The notes under the pieces are model-generated. The model had not been told where the DNA came from. It saw nothing but the letters and a program-made list of their open reading frames with translations, and searched no databases. Both the position numbers and the translations under genes were made by a program. A stretch of 64,000 nucleotides of DNA from an uncultured Pseudomonadota bacterium (GTDB taxonomy: Bacteria; Pseudomonadota; Alphaproteobacteria; JACZXZ01): NCBI GenBank assembly GCA_963749075.1, contig CAVVLJ010000020.1:96001-160000 (forward strand), given 5' to 3'. Of this stretch, positions 1-8,405 are shown in pieces (position 1 is the stretch's first letter; every line of letters starts with the position of its first letter).

Positions 1-7
1 CGGGCAT
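1..7 (-). CDS. 5' start of a gene running off the window edge, possibly adenosylhomocysteinase (ahcY) by context
   Basis: ATG at 7..5 preceded by a GAGGAG Shine-Dalgarno on the minus strand. Identity is only inferred from the SahR-like box upstream and the known hprK-manX-npr-ahcY synteny in Alphaproteobacteria. Confidence 0.35.
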
Positions 8-77
8 GGCGGTCTCCTCGGGCGATGGCAACGGCCTTGCCGCCGGCGCCTGCGGGCGCCGGGGCGGCACGCGCGTC

Positions 78-106
78 CTCATAACAGCGCTCCGGTCCCG
101 CGGCAA
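78..106 (-). promoter_or_regulatory. sigma70-type promoter TTGCCG-N17-TATGAG
   Basis: Hexamers read directly on the minus strand with a 17-nt spacer, upstream of the ATG at 7. Confidence 0.45.
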
Positions 107-111
107 GCGAA

Positions 112-131
112 ATATAAAGAAATGTTTATAT
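112..131. promoter_or_regulatory. 20-bp operator palindrome ATATAAA-GAAATG-TTTATAT, SahR (ArsR family)-like box
   Basis: Perfect 7-bp arms in an AT island directly upstream of the -35. Resembles the recalled alphaproteobacterial SahR methionine-cycle operator. Confidence 0.6.
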
Positions 132-180
132 CGTTATGTTTGCGTTTGGCTCTGCGGGCTGGTTGCGCGCCGGGGCGCGC

Positions 181-981
181 TCAGAACACGGGGAGGGGCG
201 GCAGGTCGAGGCCTGTGTACTTCTTGTAAAGCGCCGCGAGCACGCCGTTCTGCGTGTTGAGGAAGATCCAGGTATTGATCCACTGCCTGAGCTCGAAATC
301 GCCGGGCCGCACGATCGGAGCGTAATAGGCCGTCGTCACGTTCAGCTTGGTCTCGATCTTCTTGTCCGGATTGCCGTCCGCCACGGTCTTGCCGGCAAAG
401 GACGTCATCGCGACGGCGTCGACCTGGCCCGAGAGCAGCGCCTGGATGGTGGCGCCGATGTCGTCGAACCAGACGATCTTGGTGCCTTCCGGCGCCATCT
501 TCGGCACGGTCGCCTCCTCGAGCGTAGCGCGGGTGATGCCGATGCGCTTGCCGACGAGATCGGCAGGCGTCTTGATGGCGACGCTCTCTGGCCCGAAGAT
601 GACGATCGAAAGCGCTCCGTCGGGGTTGCAGAACATCACCGCCTTGGCGCGGTCGGCGGTGACCGAGATCGAGGCGATGGTGACGTTGGCGCGGCCGGCC
701 AGGAGGGCCGGGATGCGGCCGGTCGAGGGGACTTGCACGAACTCGAGCTCGGCGCCCATGTCCTTCGCCATCTGGCGGGCGACGGCGACATCCGAGCCGT
801 CGGGCTGGCCGTCCTTGCCGAGCACGCCGAAGGGCGGATTGCCGACATCGATGGCGACGCGGAGCTTCTTCTCCTTGAGGATCCTGTCGAGCGTGCTTTC
901 GGCCTCAGCCGGTTTGGCCGCCAGCATCGCCGGCATGGCGATGAGGAGCGCCAGTACCACCCATCTCAGAGCGACCTTCAT
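181..981 (-). CDS. Polar amino-acid ABC transporter substrate-binding protein (family 3)
   Basis: Signal peptide followed by STLDRIL-KKLRVAID-NPPFG, RIPALLAG and ALLSGQVDA motifs. Confidence 0.9.
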   Translation of the reverse strand: MKVALRWVVLALLIAMPAMLAAKPAEAESTLDRILKEKKLRVAIDVGNPPFGVLGKDGQPDGSDVAVARQMAKDMGAELEFVQVPSTGRIPALLAGRANVTIASISVTADRAKAVMFCNPDGALSIVIFGPESVAIKTPADLVGKRIGITRATLEEATVPKMAPEGTKIVWFDDIGATIQALLSGQVDAVAMTSFAGKTVADGNPDKKIETKLNVTTAYYAPIVRPGDFELRQWINTWIFLNTQNGVLAALYKKYTGLDLPPLPVF

Positions 982-1031
982 GGCATCTACTCCCTCGTTC
1001 AATAGGTTTGTAAGTCGTTGATTCGATGTGA

Positions 1032-1072
1032 TGATAGCGCTTACATTGTAGCAGCTTCTGGGCGCGAGTCAA
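1032..1072 (-). promoter_or_regulatory. Promoter TTGACT-N16-TACAAT with overlapping LacI-family operator TGTAAGCGCTATCA (1032-1045)
   Basis: Near-palindrome with the central AGCGCT typical of LacI/GalR operators, immediately downstream of the -10 of the binding-protein gene. Confidence 0.65.
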
Positions 1073-1164
1073 GCGCCCGCGGCGGCGGGTCGTGTCCTAA
1101 TTTGTCGGTCCCCGTTAAAATAGCAGCGACGACAGAACACATCAGCACCTTGGCAGGAGGACTG

Positions 1165-1845
1165 ATGCCTTGTCCCAAGGATTTCTCTCGCATAAATTCA
1201 ACGGGTCGGGCCTATGCCGGAAGCCAGCGGCAAATCCAGACGTACGTGAACGAAAGAACACACGCGCTCAATTCTGCCGTCGCGCAATCCCTGTCGCGGT
1301 GCGACCTCGATGAGAAAGACATTCATTGGGTGTCGCCCCTGGCGGCGGACACGTACTCGGAATACCGAGACTCGGAATTTCTGGAACGCGTCGGACTTGG
1401 CCTTCTCGCGCCCCGGCTTCTAGAGTTCTGGCCGCGAGGTGGACCGTGCTGGGACGCACTGGCACGGATTGAAGGTGGATGCCTCCTCATAGAGGCAAAG
1501 AGCCATGTGCAGGAGATTTATGGTAGGGGCTGCCGAGCCTCTCCTCGAAGCAAGCAGAAGATTCAGGCAGCATTCCAAGCAACGAAGGCTTGGCTCGGGA
1601 TTTCTCCTGATATTGACTGGACCGGACGGCTCTATCAGTCCGCGAATCGATATGCGAGCCTGTACTTCCTGAGAGAGATTGCGGGGGTTCAAGCGTTTCT
1701 GGTCAACCTGTACTTCGTTGGCGACCCGATTGCACCGACGCCGATGACGAGAGAAGACTGGGATACCGAAATCGGGTGCGTCAATCGAGAACTCGGCATT
1801 GTTCGCGAAGTGCCGTACAGCGCGGCCGTCTTCCTGACGGCGTAA
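1165..1845 (+). CDS. Hypothetical protein with PD-(D/E)XK nuclease-like motif
   Basis: AGGAGG RBS before ATG 1165. Motifs WDAL...LLIEAKSH and a later YQ..NR. Lower GC than the backbone. Confidence 0.65.
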   Translation: MPCPKDFSRINSTGRAYAGSQRQIQTYVNERTHALNSAVAQSLSRCDLDEKDIHWVSPLAADTYSEYRDSEFLERVGLGLLAPRLLEFWPRGGPCWDALARIEGGCLLIEAKSHVQEIYGRGCRASPRSKQKIQAAFQATKAWLGISPDIDWTGRLYQSANRYASLYFLREIAGVQAFLVNLYFVGDPIAPTPMTREDWDTEIGCVNRELGIVREVPYSAAVFLTA

Positions 1846-1953
1846 TGAGCAAGGGCAAAGCACTCCGCTGAGGGACAAGCCGGAGGCAACGTACGCCTCC
1901 AAACGGGACGTCTCGCGCGAGAAGTCCCCATGGAAATGGGTCAGTCGACATGA

Positions 1954-2406
1954 TTATGCGTCTATGGCCTCAGACTCGCGTGTCATCTTCGCACACAGGG
2001 CTTCCATCTTATGGCGTGGGAGCTGGTCAACCAGATATGCCCTGATTAGTGATCCGGCTTCCTTTAAAGACTCTTCGGTTGGAATACATGAAATCGTTAG
2101 GTACTCGATTTCGTCGTCGTACCCTTTCATACCGAAGGTATTCATCCACGCCCTAAATATCAAAGAATCGTCCACTGGCATCACCTGATTGATAAGAATG
2201 CCCTTTCGCAGCCGGCGCGAAACCCGACTGAAAATACCATTGCCGTCGTAAGGTGGTTTGTCGGGAAACCATTCGTTCCATTCAATCTTTGAAGGACCAT
2301 GTACAACAGAATCGAATACGGCATTCCAATGCTTCTGCGCCTTAACATAGTCAGCGTGTTCTGTACGAAAACGAGGAAACATAATACGGGGTTCGGTCTT
2401 CTTCAT
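1954..2406 (-). CDS. Hypothetical protein, candidate immunity/antitoxin
   Basis: 150 aa, low GC, ATGA overlap with the upstream 102-aa ORF. Trp/aromatic-rich with a DGNGIFS motif. Confidence 0.65.
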   Translation of the reverse strand: MKKTEPRIMFPRFRTEHADYVKAQKHWNAVFDSVVHGPSKIEWNEWFPDKPPYDGNGIFSRVSRRLRKGILINQVMPVDDSLIFRAWMNTFGMKGYDDEIEYLTISCIPTEESLKEAGSLIRAYLVDQLPRHKMEALCAKMTRESEAIDA

Positions 2407-2711
2407 GGTACGAAAGCCCGTCCTGCGAAAACTTGGATGTCCACACGTCGGTTATCGCGATCTCCTCTGACCAGACAGGTCTTTGGTCTCACAGGCGCGG
2501 TAACGCCGCCAGCACGCCGACACACGTGTATATAGGTTTCGGCACAATCTATTGCACCAAGTCGTCGATTCAGTTCGTCCGCTGTCAACCGATCGACTAA
2601 GTCATTAAGCATATTTAGGCCCTCGTCTGCAGTAAGGGGCTGATTCCTATCCCACGCCTCCGAATCCTCTACGCCGCCCCCTTGCATTTGGATTCGTCCG
2701 CGATTTTGCAA
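2403..2711 (-). CDS. Small hypothetical protein, candidate stand-alone toxin domain
   Basis: 102 aa with RGRIQMQGGG-E-SEAW...RVDIQVFAG, translationally coupled to the 150-aa ORF. Confidence 0.6.
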   Translation of the reverse strand: MQNRGRIQMQGGGVEDSEAWDRNQPLTADEGLNMLNDLVDRLTADELNRRLGAIDCAETYIHVCRRAGGVTAPVRPKTCLVRGDRDNRRVDIQVFAGRAFVP

Positions 2712-2739
2712 AACCCTTCACCCTTGCCGTGTATCGCCA

Positions 2740-2934
2740 TTATCCCCGGAGCTTTCGCTGTATCTGATTTCGTTCCTCGTAGGGCTGGTGCTCTTCCAGC
2801 AGTTCATCCCGGCGCACACCCAGAAGCCGACAAGTCAAAGAACGAAACCGCTCCATGGGCGCAGCGTCACCACCCGAAATCTCCCGCCTGGCGATTTCAC
2901 GTATCGTCTTGGTCTGATTTGGGCGATGCTTCAT
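2740..2934 (-). CDS. Small helical protein of the type recalled downstream of IS1595 transposases
   Basis: 64 aa with ERFRSLTCRLLGVRRDEL, directly after the transposase remnant. Confidence 0.45.
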   Translation of the reverse strand: MKHRPNQTKTIREIARREISGGDAAPMERFRSLTCRLLGVRRDELLEEHQPYEERNQIQRKLRG

Positions 2935-2940
2935 GTCCGG

Positions 2941-3330
2941 TCAGTCGCTCATAGCTGAGGCGCCGTCCTGGAACCGATGATAGCACGGCAGCGAAACGGG
3001 CGTAATCATCTTCGCTGCGCCCATTGAAACGGAAAACCTGTTCATCGAGGTGCCGTTCTTACAATTGGCGATCATCCAGATCGCCGCGAACCACTTGTCG
3101 AGCCCAACCGGACTGTATTCGAAAACCGTTCCGACCTTCGCTGAGAATCGCCGCTTCTCATGGTTCTCCTGGCATTCCCAAACGCGAGGGATTGGGATGC
3201 AGCGAACGTCGATTCTGTCACAGATCGAGCAGCGCATGCCGCTCGGCCACCGCTAGGCAACGATCGACCGCAGGGATACGTCGGGGTCAGCAACATAGCG
3301 GATCGTCCGGAGGAGGGTTTTGGGGGCATG
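2941..3330 (-). pseudogene. IS1595-family transposase pseudogene (N-terminal zinc ribbon only)
   Basis: One frame reads PKTLLRTIRYVADPD...*RWPSGMRCSICD...WECQENHEKRRFSAKVGTVFEYSPVGLDKWFAAIWMIANCKNG. It has an in-frame stop and the DDE domain is absent. Confidence 0.85.
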
Positions 3331-3439
3331 GTCTACCATCCCCATATCCTAGTGGTGCCCTAACCGTGGACGGTTACGTGGGATTTCGCCGCAGCGCTGC
3401 GCCGCTGCTTGCGCGCGCCGCCTCGTCTCATAGCGCCCG

Positions 3440-4465
3440 CTATGCACGCCGGGACCCGCCAGCGGCGCGCGCCGGTCCGGTCGATTGCCGGATGATGACG
3501 TCGGCCTCGAGCTTGATCTTGCGCGGGCCCGCCCGGCCCGCGATCCAGTCGAGGAGAAAATCGGCGATGCGCGTGCCGATGCGGTCGGCCGGGATGTGGA
3601 CCGTGCTCAGCGGCGGGTCGAGCTCGGCCACGATCTCGAGGTCCGAGAAGCCGGCGACCGAGACATCCTGCGGGACGCGGACGCCGAGCGCGCGGCACTC
3701 GAAGAGCGCGCCGATGGCGAGCGTGTCCGTCGTGCAGCAGATCGCCGTGAGATCGGGATGCTGCGTCAAGAGCGCCCGCGTGGCGCTGCGGCCTGCGACG
3801 ATCGTCTGCGCCACCTCGCGGATTTGCGCGGGCGGGACGGCGATGCCGCGCTCGCCCAAGCAATCGGTGATGCCCTTGAGGCGCGCCGCGATCCTGTCGT
3901 TGAGGCTGGGCGGAGCGGTGACGATGCCGAAGCCGCGGTGGCCGAGCTCGACGAGATGGCGCGTCAGCTCGAAGGACCCGCTGCGATTGTCGAAGCCGAT
4001 GCAGGGATGCGGGTTCTCCCCGTCGAACTGGTAGGTGTTGACATAAGGGAGATTGCGCAAGCGCAGCAGCTCGTAGACCTCCGGCGCATGGCGGTTGCCG
4101 ACCAGTGCCATGCCGTCGACGCCGCGCTCGATGAGGGCACGGACCTGCCGCACCTCCTTCTCCTCGTCGTAGTGGCTGGCGGCGACCAGGAGCTGGTAGC
4201 CGCTCTCCTCGAGGCGCCGCTGCAGCGCCTCGACGCCGACCGCGAAGATGCCGATGCCGAACGTCGGTACGACGTTGCCGATCGTGAAGGAATGGCGCGA
4301 CGCGAGCGCCCGCGCGGCACCGTGGCGGAGATAGTCGAGCTCGCCCATGGCGCTCATGACGCGCTCGCGAACCTCCGGACTCACCTTCGCCGGATGATTG
4401 AGAACGCGCGACACCGACGCCGAGGAGACGCCGGCCCGCCGAGCCACATCGCTGAGAGTAGCCAT
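3440..4465 (-). CDS. LacI-family transcriptional regulator
   Basis: MATLSDVARRAGVSSASVSRVLN helix-turn-helix, AARALAS hinge, and sugar-binding domain VPQDVSVAGFSD. Confidence 0.95.
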   Translation of the reverse strand: MATLSDVARRAGVSSASVSRVLNHPAKVSPEVRERVMSAMGELDYLRHGAARALASRHSFTIGNVVPTFGIGIFAVGVEALQRRLEESGYQLLVAASHYDEEKEVRQVRALIERGVDGMALVGNRHAPEVYELLRLRNLPYVNTYQFDGENPHPCIGFDNRSGSFELTRHLVELGHRGFGIVTAPPSLNDRIAARLKGITDCLGERGIAVPPAQIREVAQTIVAGRSATRALLTQHPDLTAICCTTDTLAIGALFECRALGVRVPQDVSVAGFSDLEIVAELDPPLSTVHIPADRIGTRIADFLLDWIAGRAGPRKIKLEADVIIRQSTGPARAAGGSRRA

Positions 4466-4545
4466 GAGAGGAACCATAATGGCGGGCGGCGGGAATGGCC
4501 AGACGCCTCTCCGGCTGGAGCCTCGCGCCTTGCGCAGCGGCCGCC

Positions 4546-5208
4546 TTACCCCACCCCTTCGAAATCGTCGAGCAGTGCCGCGATGCGGCCTGAATCCCAT
4601 TGCGTCATGATCATCTCGGCGCGCCTCGTCGCCTCGCGCTGGTCGAGCGCTCTGATGCGCTGCTTGATGCGCGGCAGTGCCGCCGTCGGCATCGAGAGGT
4701 CGCGGATGCCGAGGCCCAAGAGGAGCGGGGTATAGCGCGCGTCGCCCGCCATCTCGCCGCAGAGACAGAGCGGGATGCGCGCGCGCAAGGCGGCACCCGC
4801 GGCGAACTGGATGAGGCGGAGGACGGCCGGGTGGAGGGGATTGTAGAGATAGGCGACCTGCTCGTCGCCGCGGTCGATGGCGAGGGTGTACATGGTGAGG
4901 TCGTTGGTGCCGATCGCGAAGAAGTCGGACTCGAGTGCCAGCGCGTCGGCGGCGAGTGCGGCGCCCGGCACCTCGATCATGACGCCGAGCTTGGGCACTT
5001 CGGCCGCCGCCTTGACGCCCTGGCGCTTAAGGCGGGCGTGCAGCTTGTGCAGGATCGCCTTCACCTGGCGCACCTCGCCGAGCGAGGCGATCATGGGGAG
5101 GAGGATGCGCACCTCGCCGTGGGCGCCCGCGCGCAGCATGGCGGCGAGCTGGGCCTCCAAGAGCTCCGGATGCTTGAGCGAGAGGCGGATGGCGCGCAGG
5201 CCGAGCGC
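4546..5208 (-). pseudogene. ptsI: Orphan 3' fragment of ptsI (about 220 codons)
   Basis: Reads ALGLRAIRLSLKHP...LLDDFEGVG*. Identical to the end of the full gene except for the edge codons. Confidence 0.9.
4556..5205. repeat. 650-bp perfect direct repeat, copy 1
   Basis: Line-by-line comparison with 8416-9065 (offset 3860) showed no mismatch. Confidence 0.95.
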
Positions 5209-5366
5209 CGTGCGACCGCGTAGCTGATCTCGATCCGGCGGCACCAAACGACGTCTGCAATGCGGTAGGACCGTTTCGGGTGTATTCGATTTTGTCGCAG
5301 ACTTGTGAAAAAAAAATCTATAGAGGTAGACGCCGGGTCACGAACAATGTCCGTCGGGGGGGGCAA

Positions 5367-8328
5367 ATGGCACCGCCAAGGGCGATTATCGAACTCGTTG
5401 AGCGGTTTCACGAGCAATTCGACAACTACGTTTCGCCCAAATACAACGAGACCCAAGTCCGGCGCGAGTTCATCGATCCTCTCTTTAAAGCGCTTGGGTG
5501 GGATGTTGACAATACCCAGGGCTTCTCCGAAGCGTACAAAGAAGTTGTTCATGAAGAGGCCATAAAAATTGCCGGCGATCATCGGGCTCCCGATTACAGC
5601 TTCCGCATCGGTGGTGGGCGCAAATTCTTTCTAGAAGCGAAGAAACCCGCCGTCAGCATCAATGATGAGTTCGCCCCAGCATATCAGCTTCGTCGCTATG
5701 CATGGTCAGCCAAGCTCCCCCTATCGGTAATAACGAGTTTCCGCGAATTCGCCGTCTATGATTGTCGTGTCAGGCCAGCTAAAATCGATAGGCCGTCTGT
5801 AGCTCGCATCATGTATCTCACGTTCGATGAGTACGGGGCGCGATGGGACGAAATCGCGGGTGTCTTCTCTAAGGAAGCAATTTACAAGGGTGGCTTTGAT
5901 CGCTTTGTCGACTCGAACAAGCTAATCAGGGGCACAGCTGAATTCGATGACGACTTCCTTGCTGAAATCGAATCGTGGCGCGACGTTCTCGCTCGGAACA
6001 TGGCATTGCGAAATCCGCGACTCGCCCAGGAGGAATTAAATTATGCAGTTCAGTCAACCATCGATCGCATCATCTTTCTTCGAATAGGCGAGGATCGAGG
6101 ACTAGAGCCATACAAGCAGCTGCAGAGCATATCGGTAGGCGACCAAGTCTACGGAGCACTCGTAAAACTCTTCAAAAGCGCGGACGAGCGATATAATTCC
6201 GGCTTGTTTCATTTCCGCCCGGAGACGGGTCGTGCAGAAACTCCCGACACGATCACTCCCAGGCTTATCGTCGATGATAGACCGCTCAAAGGGATTATCT
6301 CGGCTCTCTATTATCCGGAGAGCCCGTATGAATTCTCTGTCGTTGGCGCCGACATCCTTGGTCAAGTTTATGAACAATTTCTTGGAAAAATTATACGACT
6401 TACACTCGGACATCGCGCAGTAATCGAGGAGAAGCCAGAAGTCAAGAAGGCTGGAGGTGTATATTATACACCAACATATATAGTAAATTACATTGTTCGA
6501 CAAACCTTGGGTATATGGCTCAAAGGCAAGTCGGTAGCGCAAACAAAGAAATTGCGGATCCTCGATCCGGCATGCGGCTCTGGATCCTTCCTCATCGCTG
6601 CATACCAATATCTATTGGATTGGCATCTCGAACGGTATTCGAGACAGCCGGAAAATCACAGGAGTCTAATCTATCGTGGTGGGCATGGAGAATGGCGCCT
6701 CACGTCCGCCGAGCGCAAGCGTATTCTCACTACGCATATCTTTGGCGTCGACGTAGATCAGCAGGCCGTCGAAGTGACCAAGCTTTCGCTGATGCTGAAG
6801 GTGCTCGAAGGGGAGTCGTCTGACAGCTTGAAAAAGCAATTGGAGATGTTCCACGAACGTGCGCTGCCAGATTTGGGGACGAATATTAAATGTGGCAATT
6901 CGCTAATTGGTCCGGAATTCTATGCCAATGAGCAATTCGACATGCTGGACGACACAAAGAGAGGGAAGGTAAACCTATTCGATTGGGAGGGAGATGGTGG
7001 ATTTAAAGAGACAATGTCCCGCGGCGGGTTCGACGTGATCGTCGGAAATCCTCCCTACGTCAATGCCTGGATCATGTATGAAACCCACCCTGAAATACGT
7101 AATTATATTAATTCCGCGAAGCTCTACCGCTCCGCAGACAGACATTGGGACGCGTACATTTTATTTCTCGAAAAAAGCCTGATGCTTCTTCGATCTTCTG
7201 GATATTTGTCCTTCATCATTCCATTTTCGTACTGCATTCAGAAATACGCTACATTATCACGCAAGATAATAACCGAGGAATGTACGATTTCGAGCATAGC
7301 TGACCTTCGCACCGTGCGTGTTTTCAAAAATGTCCCGGTAATCACAATTATTCCCGTTGTTATCAGGTCAAAACCTTCTCCTCATCATCGAATTCAGATA
7401 CTCGGACCAGGTCACGGAGCAACGGATCGGCACCCTGGCGATATCGCGCTCCGTCACAAAGTCGCGCAAGGGGTGTTCCGAGATGGGATTGAATGCATGT
7501 GGCGCCTCGATTTGCGCCCTACAGCAGTGTCGGCGTGCGATGCAATAGAGGCAGCTAGTATCACGGTGGGTGATATTTCTTGGGTCAATTATGGCGCTCA
7601 GATGTCCAGTAAAAAGAAAAAAGAGTTTGGAAAGGAGTATGTCTTGCGAGACCGTCGGGCATCGAAGACATGCAAAAAGACGATCTCTGGGCGCGACCTG
7701 TACCGGTACAATATCACGTGGAACGGGCAATATGTTGAATGGGCCCTCGCACCAAAAATGTATGGACCGCGAGAGTCGTGGTTTTTTGAGACACCGAAGC
7801 TAATGATTCGAGATATTACCGGCACTCATCGGTTAGAACTGTCGTTGGACGAAAGCAAGCTCTATTGCGATCACACAGTGTTGTGTTGTTTGCGTATCTG
7901 TGATGCCGCTGGCCATCACAGATTTGATGAGCGCGCCGTTAGGCTCTCCGCCGAATACCCGCTTGAGCTTCTGTTAGGTCTTCTTGCGAGCCGGCCGATT
8001 TCCGCCTTTTACTATTGGAAGTTAACGGGCGAAGGAGTTCGGACGGGCGGTGGGTTCCATACATATCCGAACACAATCCGCGCGCTCCCCGTATTTGATG
8101 TCACTCGCGCATCAAGATTCTCAGGAACATCTCGCAAAGAACATCATAACGCTGGTACGACGGATTCTTGACCTTCGACAGGGAGCGAGCACAGCTAGAA
8201 CCCCCCAATCGCGGACAGCACTCGAGCGGCAAATCTCAGCGCTAGATGATCAGATCGATGCCGATGTGTACAAGATTTACAACCTAAATGCTGAGCAAAT
8301 TCGAATGATCAAGGAAGCTACCAAATGA
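5367..8328 (+). CDS. Type IIG (Eco57I-like) single-chain restriction-modification enzyme, frameshifted near 8110
   Basis: N-terminal nuclease ETQVRREFIDP...APDY...FLEAKK, methyltransferase motifs GVYYTP, LDPACGSG and GNPPY, and a TaqI-like recognition region. The typical C-terminal helices (ERQISALDDQIDADVYKIYNL) continue in another frame to 8328. Low GC. Confidence 0.9.
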
Positions 8329-8405
8329 CCCGGTAAAAAAAGTTGAGATGAGTTATTCCCGGAAGCAGATTTCCTCCGTGCTAGCAAAATGGTCCCGGCC
8401 TACTT

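Larger units (their letters stand above)
1918..3390 (-). mobile_element. Degenerate IS1595-family element with passenger genes (boundaries tentative)
   Basis: Transposase remnant at 2941-3330. Candidate ends GGCGAAATCCC (3390, minus) and CGAGAAGTCCC (1918, plus) match at 8 of 11 positions. Low-GC cargo lies between them. Confidence 0.45.

Noticed and set aside
5091-5582. 163-aa minus-strand ORF across the cassette junction
   Set aside because: Overlaps the RM gene antisense and the ptsI fragment out of frame, with no motif support.
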